This document shows positions 41,701 to 51,200 of a DNA stretch of 64,000 nt, piece after piece (position 1 is the first letter of the stretch; the number at the start of each line of letters is the position of its first letter). A program made the translations under genes and the position numbers. The DNA comes from a virus, in IMG/VR virus record IMGVR_UViG_3300018424_003600, positions 11,653 to 75,652 of that record. The stretch is one strand, 5' to 3'. The notes beneath the pieces were generated by a model. It was given only the letters and a program-made list of their open reading frames with translations. It did no database searches and had not been told where the DNA came from.

Positions 41701-44700
41701 AACATCATCAGTTAGTTCATTACCAGCAAACGGAACTTCAATTTTTATTTTATTAAGTTCTGCAGAAATAACTTTGTAAAATCCATTAAGTAAATATTCT
41801 TCTGCATGTTGTAATCCAATATAGTCTCCTTCAGTAACAATAGAAGCAGACCATCTATCTAGTGTAAGTTCTCCAATTCCGTAACCTGGATCTGCATCTT
41901 CAATCAAAGAAACTGTAAATTCAGATGCATATGCTCCTGAACGAACTACTTGCATTACTGTCCAGTCATTAGACTCTGTGTTAGTAATCCAAATATTATC
42001 TCCTAAATTTAGTCCATTTACATTAACTAAAATTAAATTTGAAATATTACCTATAGTTGTTGCAACATCACTTTCTTTAACATATCCGCCTGTTTTAATA
42101 TATTCAGATTCAATATTTTTTACAGGAAGAGGTGCATGATCGTAATCTTCCGGTTTGTCATAAACTTCGTTTGGTAAAATTCTATATATCTTGTCATAGT
42201 TAGTAGCAGGTAATGTATTCAGCAATTCAAATGCTTGAGGCGATTCTTGAACTTTTTCTTCTTGAATAATGTATTCTACTTGTTTAATATCATCAACAGA
42301 ACCATATCTTCCAACTTGTAATGCCCACTCTTCATAAAATTCTAAATTATCTGTAGTCTTACCTAGAGCATCAAACAATTTAGTAAAGACATTCATAGTT
42401 CCTTTTTCTGCTATAGCTCCGCGATAAAACTTAAACTGACTTACATCGTCGTTAATAATGTTTGCAAGATACTGACGCTTTTGGTAACCAATTAGATGCT
42501 GAGCCATTCTTTGTTGTTCAATATCAAAACTATCGCTATCTAAATCATAAAAGTCTGTAAACTGAGTAGTTCTGTAATCAAAGTTTGTTAACAACTGAGA
42601 TTCTGGTTTCTCTGAAAGCAAGTACCAATCATTAGAATTAAAATTTTGTGATCCCGAAATATTTTTTGATGCAACATAATAATATTGTTTGTATTTTACT
42701 ATGTCGCCAATTGTATAATCTTTCCATTGTGTCCAGTCAGTAAATGTTCCGTCGTCATACAAGAATCCCGGAATGTTTAATCCGCCATTCCAGTTATCTG
42801 ATCTATAGCCACTAACTTTAATTCTTTCTTGTCTATAACCAGTTGATGGTCTATATATGATATCGTTAAACACTGTAGTATTATCTAATAACACAACATG
42901 TTCTTTTTGAATCAAAGGTAATGATGCATGGAATAAACCCTCGTCGGTATTTGTAACTTCAACACCAAAACTGTTTTCGTTTCTAAGTAAACTATTAAAT
43001 TCTGAATCTAAAAATAAACCGTCTGCTTTCAATATTGAATATCCATAAAACGGATCTTTAATATCGTCAACAACATAAAAATCTTTTTGGAATTCTAATA
43101 TATTTGCAGCAGGACTTAGTGTAATAATACCTCCAGAAGCCCAACCTTGGGTTGTCCAGAACATAAATTCTTTTGCGCTTTGATTCCAATTGTTTACTTC
43201 TCCAAAGCCTTCACTCACATCGTCAAATATAAATCCAATATCTGTTAGTCTTTCGTTATACCCTAAAATAAAATCTACAACTTCTTGTACTGTTTTTAAT
43301 CTAGTACCATATTCTAAAGTTTTTACAGATGTTTTATCAAAATTCTTTTTAAACTGTGCAACTCTGCCGCCTTCAATTGGCAAGGTTGGTAACTTAGAAA
43401 GATTTTCTAAAGTAAAACTTACTCCAGTTTCGAAAGATTTTGTAACTCTATAATACGAATTATTGTGTATTATAATTTCGCCTGCTGTATAAAGTGTATT
43501 AGAATCCCAAGGAACAACTGCTTCGTTTATTCCTCCTACCGTTACAGTAGAAGAAGATGAACCTTCTCTAGCTTCATAATATTCAAAATAAGGTTTTTCT
43601 AAATTGTAACCTCTAAGTACATAACCAACTTCGGCTTTTTCTACAATTAATCCACTGTATATTGCTAGTTGCGAAGGACTACTTGTGTTTAAGAAAATTT
43701 GGTAATTTTCTTGTGGTACAAAAATTCCATCTTGTGTAAGATTTTGTGTAGGTGATCTGCTATCAAGTATAAGATTGAATTTTGGTTTACTAGTAAAGCC
43801 TCCAATTTTTATACCAATTTGATTTGATATATTTTTAAGATTAGTTTCATAACTTGAATAAAGTGTTAAAATATTACTTGCTACTAGATTGTAAACATAA
43901 TTTACTAAACCAGAAGTTAACACTCTTGAATCTGAGTTGTAAGTATTTGGTAATAATAAATTTTTTGTTTCGATAGGTTTATTTGTTTCTTTATAAACCC
44001 ATTGATTAGCTTTGTTTTTATTAATTCTAGATATATCAAAACCTAAGCCCATTACTTTTGCAGGCTTGTTTAATAGATAAGATGTTAATAGTGCAAACGG
44101 ATATTCTGAACTTCTTCTCCATGCATTTTCTGTAGGAGAATAATCTCCAAAACTAAAGTTTCTAGACGTCTGCTGGATGTTAAATCCGTTAGCATATCCT
44201 ATTCTAGTAGGAGTTACTAATTTTCCATCACTACCAACAGGAATATGATTAGTTAGCCCAGGACGAGCATAATCTAAATTTATTCTAACGTTGCCGGGTT
44301 CTGCAATCTTACCGGCTTCTAAATCTTTCCACAACACCAAGTTATCACCAGTATACGGCGCAGGACCATATACTTCATCCCACCAACTTGGTTTTATTGT
44401 GATGCCTAACATTTCCCATGGGCATGTGTGCGGACGATCTGTATCAAACGCATAAACAAACAATGATCTCCAAAATCCTGGATTTTTATTTCCGTTTGGT
44501 GTTTTAGTATCGGAGTAATTAAATGTCCAAGCATTATTTCTATCGTAGAATGTATTGTTTGTATAACTTGTATTAGTTAAACTAGTAGTCAGCCATTGTT
44601 GGAAATCTCCAAGTAATGTTCTATTAATTTCATTTCTACTAAATTCAGTTTCTCTATGATCTCCTGGAATAAAATTATGAATGTCTAATCTATCTGTCGA

Positions 44701-47700
44701 ATAATCAGCTTTAATGTTATTGAATATTCTTTTTTCTAATTCCAGTAATAGTTCGTCTCTGTAATCTTTGTATGCTTTAATAAAGCTACCGTCATGTCCT
44801 TTAACAAAAGCAACGCCTAAAGGATACTCGTTAATTTCAACATTATCATAATGTCCGTAAAAAGAACCGGTTGCAGGCATATAGAAAATTTTGTTTAAAC
44901 CAACAAATGTAATTGTGTTAGCAGTATCATTTGCATCTGCATCTTTAGCAGCTTTTCTAGTTGTATATATAGGATAAAACCAGCCTCTAGTTCCTTTGTT
45001 GCTGCCTGATTCAGCTTGTCCGTAAATTTTAAATGGACCAGTTTCTGAAGGTTCATCTACTATAACTGTATCATCAATGTATAGTTCTGGTTCATATTTA
45101 GGATAAAGTCCTAACTTTGTAGGTGTTGGAGGAACAAATGATCCGTCAGTATTATCATACTCATAAATTTCTATCTTGTCATCTTCGACTTGTCCTGCAT
45201 CAATACTTACATAACCTGTAGAGTCAAAATTATAATCTCTGCCATGTATTAATTGTTCTCCGTTCAAGTATACTAAAACACTTTTTACAGACAAACTAGA
45301 TAGATTAAAAGGAGAACTTAAAGGATATTCTTTTGTTCTAGGATCTAAAACTGTATATTCTATAATATTAGTGTTGCTATATGATAGCATATCACTAAAG
45401 TAAAACGGCTGAGTTTTTACTTTATCTTTATTAATTTCTTCTAATAATTTATCAACATGTACTTTAGTAGTTCCGTCATACCCTAAACTTAGAGCACTTT
45501 CTAAAAATACTTTTTTAAATCTTGAATATTCATTTTTAGAATATTTTAAGGCTTTTATAATATTAGTTTCTTTATTTGTTATATGATATAAAGATAAATT
45601 TATCGGTCCGCTGTGTTTTACAAAACGCTTACCAAATCTATCTAAGTTTCCTAAATCACGCAAATTACTTGAGCCTAAAAACACACCTTTAAAGTTTGGT
45701 AATTCTTCAAGCATAGTGTCAACATGATCAACTACTTCACCTAAGGTAAACTCACTTACATCCTCGTTTAGTGGATTGCGTTCTAGGTTATGTGGGAACT
45801 CATAATGTCCATTACTATTTTTAGATGTTTTAGATCTTGTTTTTATTTTAACAATATCTCCAGAATTTAAATTATCATAAAATCTAACATATGCAATTTT
45901 GTTTATTCTGTCAAGTTCATAATCTGTTAATTTAATTTGTATTTTATTATTAACATAAACTACAACATATAAATCATTTAAATCTCCAGAATTATTATAA
46001 ACATCTATTGCAAAATTATTATTTTTTATGTCTGTTACATCGTATTGTCTAACAACATATTGTTTACTTTCTGTAGGAATGTTACTGAAAGCATTTACAT
46101 AAGTAAAGTCCGAAAGTGTTTTGTATTTTTTTAGGTAGCCAGAACTAATATCTTGAGATATAATTTCTGTTCCTTCTTGATATTCAAATGTATCGTTTAA
46201 TAAATCAAAGTTAAAAAGTATATCACTCGAATTTTCAATAGTTCTGTAATTTAAAGGAAATCCTAACTCTAAATCATTAGTACCTTCACCTAACTTATAT
46301 GAAAATAATTTAGTTCCTTTAAAGGTAGTAGATTCATAATAAGTTTCGTCAGCAAAACTATTATCGTTTACATCACAAACTTCAAATAACGGAGACTGGT
46401 TTCTTTGAGTTTTTTCTTGTGCTTCTAGCCAGCTTCCGCCGTGATAGTGATAACTTTTTCCTGCATTTTTTACACCACTAGTTACTAGTATAGTTTCTAA
46501 ATCTTGCGGTTCAGTATCATCAGTTTCAATTAATGCAATTTGTTTATTATTACCAATTTCAATAAATTTAACTTGATAAATTTTTCCAGATACTAAAATA
46601 TCAGTATCTGCTACAAAAAGAATGCGCATGCCTTCTGCTAAATCAATACCGTCGATATTATACCCTAATGCTCCTTCAATTGTACTAAAAACATCTTTTG
46701 TAAAAGTATCAATTAAATCAACATCTTTTTTAGCAAAACTACCAAAGTTGTTTAATTTTAGTCCTGCTTCAAATTCAATAATCGGACGTTTAGCTCTTTT
46801 GCTTTCGTCAATATTTTCAGGTAAATTATTAAATTTAAAACTATCTTTTAAAACATCTTTATGGAACCATTTATTATAACGACTCCATGCGTTTCTATCT
46901 TTACTTGCTCTATTAATAATAATATAATCTGGTTCAGTTGCTGAAGCAGTAGCATCAGAAAAAGGTAATGTATCAAATTCTTCACTATCAAATGGAACAT
47001 AACGTGCTTCTGTATATGCAGCAGGAATAATTAAATCTTGATCTTTGATTAATTTAATATTTTCTCCTACACCTTCAACATACCAATTATTTTGAGCATA
47101 ATAAGCAGGTTCAACATCGCCTTGGAACTTAATCTTCATACCGTTGGACAATTCAACTCCGTTTGCACTTAGATATGTTTTCTTTCCTAAGATTTCGTCA
47201 GTAACATTTAAGAAAGCATTTTCTTCAATGTCATAAATTTTAATTAATCCGCTAGTGTCAATTGAATTCTTGCTAACATAGTATAATCTATTAGGTGCGT
47301 TAAATGGAATTGTAAATTCAATTGTACCTTTTTCAACATATGCAACTGCAACTTCTTCACCTTCTTCACCTAATTTGCGTATTCCGTCAGGATAAAGTGT
47401 TGAAACGTTTTCATCATCTTCAAAAGTAACACTGCCGCCGGAAGGAAGAACAATAAAGTCTCCTTGATCATATTCATTGCCATATAGATCTGCTCCAAAT
47501 AGTCCGTCAGCTCTTATTCCTTCTGTTCCTGCTGTTAATATTGCACTACCTGGAGTAAAACTTCTAGTAATTGCAAATGCTATTGGATGTCCTGGAGTGT
47601 CAATATCAAAACGATAAGTTTGTCCTCTATAAAGTTTTAACGATGGATTTCTAGTCAATCCGTCATTAAAGACATATGCTTTATTATCTCCTTGATCTTC

Positions 47701-48225
47701 AATAGTTACAGAATACGTACTAACAACTTCTCTACTTTGTCCTCTAACAGGAATGCTAATAGGACCGTGCGGTAACCAATAATACTCACGGAAGTTTACA
47801 AACTTATCCCAATCTATACTTGGGTTCCAACTATAAGTTTCTTGATTATTTAATCTACTATGGTTTTCTATATTTGCACCAAAAACATTTAGTTGTCCAA
47901 GATAGTCATTATAGTCTTTATAAAAAGTAACATTATCATACAGATCTTTAACTACTACGCTAGGTTCTAGTTGATAATCTTCTCTTGTTTTATTAACATC
48001 AGCAACATAATTGTCAGTTGACTGATGTGCTTTTGCTGTCCTTCTACCATAATATCCATTTAATTTTTCAGCAACACCCGGTTGGATCATTTGATCCATT
48101 GTAGCTTGTAAAAACTTTTGGTTTGCCGTACTCCTAAAAAATCTAGGTAAAAAATCTGCAGAACTAATTTTATTATTTCCGCCTGGAATTGGCAAAGCCG
48201 AATCTTGTTGAGTTTTCTTAGCCAT
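32764..48225 (-). CDS. Giant 5153-aa baseplate wedge protein (gp7-like position)
   Basis: Uninterrupted ORF directly after gp6; N-terminal FLPRFF...FL pattern; I...GxGY...P repeats; FG-GAP-like propeller blades; CBM-like aromatic repeats. Confidence 0.7.
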   Translation of the reverse strand: MAKKTQQDSALPIPGGNNKISSADFLPRFFRSTANQKFLQATMDQMIQPGVAEKLNGYYGRRTAKAHQSTDNYVADVNKTREDYQLEPSVVVKDLYDNVTFYKDYNDYLGQLNVFGANIENHSRLNNQETYSWNPSIDWDKFVNFREYYWLPHGPISIPVRGQSREVVSTYSVTIEDQGDNKAYVFNDGLTRNPSLKLYRGQTYRFDIDTPGHPIAFAITRSFTPGSAILTAGTEGIRADGLFGADLYGNEYDQGDFIVLPSGGSVTFEDDENVSTLYPDGIRKLGEEGEEVAVAYVEKGTIEFTIPFNAPNRLYYVSKNSIDTSGLIKIYDIEENAFLNVTDEILGKKTYLSANGVELSNGMKIKFQGDVEPAYYAQNNWYVEGVGENIKLIKDQDLIIPAAYTEARYVPFDSEEFDTLPFSDATASATEPDYIIINRASKDRNAWSRYNKWFHKDVLKDSFKFNNLPENIDESKRAKRPIIEFEAGLKLNNFGSFAKKDVDLIDTFTKDVFSTIEGALGYNIDGIDLAEGMRILFVADTDILVSGKIYQVKFIEIGNNKQIALIETDDTEPQDLETILVTSGVKNAGKSYHYHGGSWLEAQEKTQRNQSPLFEVCDVNDNSFADETYYESTTFKGTKLFSYKLGEGTNDLELGFPLNYRTIENSSDILFNFDLLNDTFEYQEGTEIISQDISSGYLKKYKTLSDFTYVNAFSNIPTESKQYVVRQYDVTDIKNNNFAIDVYNNSGDLNDLYVVVYVNNKIQIKLTDYELDRINKIAYVRFYDNLNSGDIVKIKTRSKTSKNSNGHYEFPHNLERNPLNEDVSEFTLGEVVDHVDTMLEELPNFKGVFLGSSNLRDLGNLDRFGKRFVKHSGPINLSLYHITNKETNIIKALKYSKNEYSRFKKVFLESALSLGYDGTTKVHVDKLLEEINKDKVKTQPFYFSDMLSYSNTNIIEYTVLDPRTKEYPLSSPFNLSSLSVKSVLVYLNGEQLIHGRDYNFDSTGYVSIDAGQVEDDKIEIYEYDNTDGSFVPPTPTKLGLYPKYEPELYIDDTVIVDEPSETGPFKIYGQAESGSNKGTRGWFYPIYTTRKAAKDADANDTANTITFVGLNKIFYMPATGSFYGHYDNVEINEYPLGVAFVKGHDGSFIKAYKDYRDELLLELEKRIFNNIKADYSTDRLDIHNFIPGDHRETEFSRNEINRTLLGDFQQWLTTSLTNTSYTNNTFYDRNNAWTFNYSDTKTPNGNKNPGFWRSLFVYAFDTDRPHTCPWEMLGITIKPSWWDEVYGPAPYTGDNLVLWKDLEAGKIAEPGNVRINLDYARPGLTNHIPVGSDGKLVTPTRIGYANGFNIQQTSRNFSFGDYSPTENAWRRSSEYPFALLTSYLLNKPAKVMGLGFDISRINKNKANQWVYKETNKPIETKNLLLPNTYNSDSRVLTSGLVNYVYNLVASNILTLYSSYETNLKNISNQIGIKIGGFTSKPKFNLILDSRSPTQNLTQDGIFVPQENYQIFLNTSSPSQLAIYSGLIVEKAEVGYVLRGYNLEKPYFEYYEAREGSSSSTVTVGGINEAVVPWDSNTLYTAGEIIIHNNSYYRVTKSFETGVSFTLENLSKLPTLPIEGGRVAQFKKNFDKTSVKTLEYGTRLKTVQEVVDFILGYNERLTDIGFIFDDVSEGFGEVNNWNQSAKEFMFWTTQGWASGGIITLSPAANILEFQKDFYVVDDIKDPFYGYSILKADGLFLDSEFNSLLRNENSFGVEVTNTDEGLFHASLPLIQKEHVVLLDNTTVFNDIIYRPSTGYRQERIKVSGYRSDNWNGGLNIPGFLYDDGTFTDWTQWKDYTIGDIVKYKQYYYVASKNISGSQNFNSNDWYLLSEKPESQLLTNFDYRTTQFTDFYDLDSDSFDIEQQRMAQHLIGYQKRQYLANIINDDVSQFKFYRGAIAEKGTMNVFTKLFDALGKTTDNLEFYEEWALQVGRYGSVDDIKQVEYIIQEEKVQESPQAFELLNTLPATNYDKIYRILPNEVYDKPEDYDHAPLPVKNIESEYIKTGGYVKESDVATTIGNISNLILVNVNGLNLGDNIWITNTESNDWTVMQVVRSGAYASEFTVSLIEDADPGYGIGELTLDRWSASIVTEGDYIGLQHAEEYLLNGFYKVISAELNKIKIEVPFAGNELTDDVLDFEEENFSVVKLRTVRTDSLNGVNSLTNQEFYQDQKIWIDDYNSTWAVLENNSVYNNEQTIVNPSEYDSTTHGFTDSLAVTKDNNNVFVASPNDVNGKVYFYRRSREASNLNLSQEIELDNDDYFALDNLDFSRSIDVSPDGEYLVVGVPNASNIKTKLAYKTDSNTNEQTFDFQSDKTYVKGDIVRYRETLWKANREILPQIGNQPFTTFDTYINIASQQDADSTSLNLLVAGDPGLPNNTVDHILVRAPKDMYLGTAVGDLVNLYWNTVSYAFNTSDIQYPFDNEIAEITVNWLNQEHTIAKKVDHVFFLETFVTLPNVGDTFTTDTGAAEIVYVGTRRDSAVIYVSNTNGVFDISGTAYNAEGDLIGDYTEESTYSITDAVAGYWYIETGFTYSNNGRYYDSGKGLVYADVRPADSQRPVNYYYNIQNTIAAVGPYITNKNQASFLSSLSYTGDPAGADGTSGVSSPQLDNRWIARVGKEFSNIVQVGEEYEFRLYDLDNRNIDLSNTAFTYEFLNKKHTITDIWDGYIDFELTEFDFQGFPYEPQIGDILEDVQIPRDGQGGLALTSTTTSSAEVVFMRRNFNSIRVYVKVLSGNWNELSNIGRYEIRRKAGTNNTVNPNIRGVNDVDRVIGTVEDINNDIVLGTNLVGKLLVFANDSNLNIVTQPEVVDEEYWFFNENTESGIQRLANPPYSLNKDYTQVYNIPADKYGVAKTGLENEGAVAIFRRVAGEYRLQNIFVSEYRHAGRQFGNLVKITQNNNYYTLMIGSKGVDTTEELLDDSIGRRTYPGTIEIVRHGTKPSDNFKGEYQLTAYDIGDIVIYKDNYYRANKAILETQNVIQDSIYWTNISWRYGQDTNYRGDFDNSYTYKSGNIVVYDNKLWSANTNIDVNAPVPSNSNASWSEISTKIDYLGYLPNLTSTHFYNEEVFDPIQNIEQFSEAFDISDDGNVLIVTSKQMETDSTIHKSIVVYREVDDKYMVDQVIPSPNNTEGFADVVSLSPDGRKIAIGAPYNDDKKINQGIVYIYSQVNGKFVQTQTLTPPNNEESEGFGYSLNFGEDNLVISSLNGDQKIPTRFDTYTDRVDENSYTLDTTSKERTATTFDAEFTTFNNIILDKGVVYVYENLEDTLIYSEQFRYSLSQRMFGENVYSNNNHVYVGMPQQYSGDYKGIMLDFRKGNGVFAWEAISQNVIPVDVSKIRGAFLYNKRKNEIITYVDYVDPVQGKIPGVADQEIAFKAPYDPALYNTGELTDNNVDPDRVWTDEYVGKVWWDISTAKFANAHQGSTTFQKNNWNKLLPNATINIYEWVESDYLPSSWDTLADTPEGASQDISGTSLYGDEKFSTRIIYDDVSKTFKNKYYYWVESKRTVPVMEDRFLSIFDIAALIANPRTQGYKFLSLLTNNKFVLNNCDDVIEGDDVVLNIKYSTGPKENQNLHSQYKLLSENDKSSKPDADIERKWFDSLIGFDENSRLVPDPDITVKNRYGVQSRPRQSMFVNRIEALKQTIERVNFVLGNSLITDEYDISDLTAKDEAPTLISKKYDISVDSISELQYISTSKITQAILEPVIVNGRITRINIINSGRGYKVAPSFKINGKGFDADFDITLNNLGQITNVKITNDGYGYDNNTTITVRPFTALVTADSEVQDKWALHSWNIESQSWNRISVQGYNVELYWDYKDWYATGYNQFTNIKHNIDGSYQLPTLSDSIGDVIKINNIGSGGWLLLEKIDTQDTEDYTVNYKTIGRQNGTIEFNESLYNFSKNTIGYSNRSFDNYFYDSNPAFELRIILNTIRDKLFVGDLEVEYNKLFASTLRYVLAEQPAADWVFKTSFVKAKHNRGDLGQKDLTFNNDNLQSYQDFVEEFKPYKTKLREFVSQYTVTEETNSVVTDFDLPPKYNSLTGKIEPSKAIIVDGSLQDVNFDLETPPRNNWKNNLGYQITKVDIGDTGSGYTYEPIIKFVGGNGTGATAKAYLGYGKITKIEITNPGTGYTSAPTVVIEGSQLDTGTPAKATAVLGNGSVRSTRVKVKFDRVSKTFTIESLAETETFVGTNSETRFFLEWPMDLDKKKVKIYVDDVLQLRSKYSYENIIDNSKTYTRHQGKIIFTTPPALGASIRVEYYKPLSMLTAQDRINLAYAPTAGMYGKDLAQLMTGIDYGGVEVTSFDFTSSAGWDSQPWYTDNWDSFVNTFEDEIFTADGSTVSVQLSAPLEDGVVYNLYKNGVRIDDPDYDAGTPTNVHAITNSITGDGVTDTIDLASRDILMLDGDVLAIRKITSDGSVKIDPDSYDTQLEGGDLQYSTATGLNAEDIIVDGDGFVTPTTSGGPEELVPGQILDTLDIKVYTRDSDGQGVIYSQSYRAVPGTLNYNLGVIPNNISAVIVKVDNVILADSEFTINWSSNIITIPSLIGGEELNIVAVAQGVQSILDYGKFTGDGEQTDFETNVEFVEGMSGYANINGVQQDVTVYNTNDSTRAFIRFDTPPNLNSVINFTLFGNSDVVNYSQMSSSMFVGDGVSIEYDIQSTPLYAAPTQHNILVKVGNRILNAGYNTKFEIPENNQREYALEIFQQPQGSLDVSDVSVYLNGKLIETPVQWRFDIANSSIVLPDDIGTPGDLLDIYVITDGEYRVIGSTVILDTPPADQETVEIIQMTNHDILKLERINYDVVERTTTYAGEVEYVTYNRLTLGEIKLRKPAVDAQYVWVSLNGELLTPSVDYYITDDKQKVRLTVTPQANDVIDILHFAANVSVPKFAFRQFKDMLNRTHFKRLDSAATTLAQDLNYYDLRIEVVDGSTLSTPNKDLNLPGVIFINGERIEYFVKEDNTLRQLRRGTLGTGVKEVHSAGTNVFDQNISKTVPYRDTTLAYNTIADGNTNNFEIDYDVNSINEIEVFVGGTRQRKTTIEVFDPTLALDSPEGDVTISADFSFDADTNSITLLNTPAENSRITVVKKVGRAWTTQGTTLGNTENSIARFLRAGTSELPE

Positions 48226-51200
48226 TAGTAACTATAACCTCCGCCTGTAGAGCTTGATGTAGATGATGCACTACTTGTTATTTGATTAGATGTTGTGCTT
48301 GTTGAACTTGTAATTACATTGCCGCTTGCTTGTAAATTAGTTGCTGTAATTTCGTCTATTGTTTCTATGTCAGATACTTTTGCGCCGCTGGCAAAAATTT
48401 CATCTGCTTCAGATTTTATTTCAAATAAACTACCAAAACTTTGTGTAGTTTGTCTAGGTACAATTAATATACTAACTAATTTTGGCGATAACTGACTCAT
48501 AATATAAGAACTTAGCTCTTGGAAATAAAATGTTTCACCAAAATCCCAATTTTCAATATCAAAGAAACGATTTATTGATTCAATAATATCAGATTTAAGT
48601 TCATTATCATTAATTACTAAGTTAGGATTTTTTACAATTTTAAATTTAACTTGTAAATCTGCAGGTGCTTTGTCGCCAAATAAAATTTTATATTTTACTG
48701 GATGATATATAATTTCATCACTTATACTTTTAATTTCATTAATTGAACTTCCATAAGATCTAAAAAGCTCATCATTACTTGGCGGCTTTGGTTTTACAGA
48801 AAGTGTTCCATCAATATATTGTTTGACTTGATCGTCATATGTTTTTGATAAAATATATGTATCAATAATATTTGATGCACTAGGATCTATTCTGTATCCA
48901 CTGTCTGCAACATGAACATAATGAAGTTTTAATCCTGCTCTACCATAGTATGCTTTGTAGTTTACATCAAGTGTAGTATTGTTTAATGTTTTATTAAGTT
49001 TCTTAAAAACACCTTCGTCTATCAAGTAAAAAATTTGTCCGTTATTGTCCCATTGGGTATACGGAGCAATACTAGATTCATTTTGCACTAAAACAACTTC
49101 ACTTGTTGAATTATCAAGATATTTAAAATCTTCGACGCCATCTGTAGTAGTATATTTCTTTTGGAATATAATTTTTTCTTCTGTAGAAATTGAAGTATCT
49201 TCTTCTCCAACTATTTGTTCAAAGATATCCGGATCATCAACTACCCCGTCATCATCTAAATCAATAAATTGTACTTGTATTTTACGACTATCTAAGTAAC
49301 CTTCAGAATCTTTATAAGCATCAGTTATGGTCCAAGTAAAATCTTTTGTAAATGGTGTTAATTGTCCAGGTTGAGTATTGATGTTTAGCACATCAATTCT
49401 ATCTCTAACAACTTGTCCAGTTGACGGATCGTAAATTTTATCAGCACTATCAAAGAAAAATCTTATTTCGTCTGCACTTTCAAAAACATATCTTAACTGT
49501 CTATATGTTATTGTGTATTTTTCACCGTCTGTTTTAAAATACAACATCCAACTAGAATCTAAGTTTTCTCCAGTTGTGTCTCCTGCTTTACCAGTTGCAA
49601 AATCGCTAATAGTATTAATATCTTCTGCTAATACTATTTTCCAAATTCTGTCTGTTATATCGTATCTTAAAGCAAAATCTTTATATTCAAATGTTTGATC
49701 AATGATTTCTGTTTTAAGATCGTCTACTAATGATTTAGAATAGTTAGGAATAACTTGTGAAATTAATGCACCGTCAGGAATAATATCATTTAATATAACC
49801 GGACCAGTTCCGTCATCTTCAACATCAACACCTGTGTTAGAAACTGCAATAACTTTTGCCCATTTATATGTAGATTGACCTTTTTTAATAGTTCCTGTTT
49901 CGTTCCATGTGCCGTTTGGCATGAAGGTTTTTGTATCCGGAGACGTAAATTTAATTAAGGATCCAGGTTCTACAAAACGGAGTGCATTAACTGTAAAGTC
50001 ACCTAAAGGATATGTTTGATTTGAAGAATCTTTAAACAAGCCTGTACAAATATTTGTGCCTTTAGTTGACTGTGTCCACGTTGCATTAAGGTCACTTACT
50101 ATTGTTTTAGGATATTTTGCTAAAAAGAAATTTTTAGAATTTATATTACCAATAATACGCTCAACTGTATTGTAAATAATACCTTCAATGTCAGTTTGAG
50201 TTGTAAATGTAAAAGATTGTTTTTCTACAAATTCTTCTTTGTATAATATTCCGTCATCTGCAAACAAACTTGTATTTGAATATTTTCCACTAGCATCTTT
50301 TAAATCAAAAAATCTGCTTATTCCGCTTGATATTCTATTTGAACTTTTTGTTTTAATAATATCTTGGCTTATAGCAAGAGGTCCAACATTGTAATCTTCG
50401 CCTGTAACTAGTCTATTTTGTGTATAATAAGTTGCTGGAGCATTTGCTTTTATTTCTTCATTAGATTCTGTTGCAGTTCCATTTGTTACTGTGTAATTTA
50501 ATTTTAATCCAATTGTAAGTGTTTGCTTAGTACCATTTCTAGCTTGGTAAGGAATATCAATACTAACTGTATTAATTGCTCCAGGAGTTATAACACTTTT
50601 TAAACCATTACTAGTTCTATAATATACTTTAAAATCTCCTGCTGGTAAATTACCAAAAACACCATCACTAAAAACTAAATTAATTCTATCACCTATTCTT
50701 GTAGTGACTGCAAAAACATCTCTTGTTTGATTAAACAAACTATTATAGATAACATTATTTCCTTCTGTAGAAGAAACTTTTGTCCACTGTTTATTTTCTA
50801 TTCCTAAACTATTAACTTCATATAACCAAACATCGGTATCATTAATATTTCTTGAATCGATTGCCACTGATTGGTTTGGTATCGGATTTGACATGTTAAA
50901 CGAGCCGTTTTCAAGACGTCCTTGACGGAAGTGCATAAAAAATCCTGTATTATTAGATCCTGCGCCTTGTCCATCATCACGGAAAAGAAATGCTGGACTA
51001 TTGCCAGGCAACGGTGGTTCTTCTACAATACTTCCAGAAGAAATGTCTGAACTTACAATTTCAAATCTAGTTGTAACACCTTCTATTTGTTTTGTAAACG
51101 GATATACTGCACTACCTGTGTTTAGTGCGTTTATACGATATTTTTGAGTTTGTACATCTGCAACCTGTTCTGATTTTAGTGGATTTCCAATTGAGTTTGC

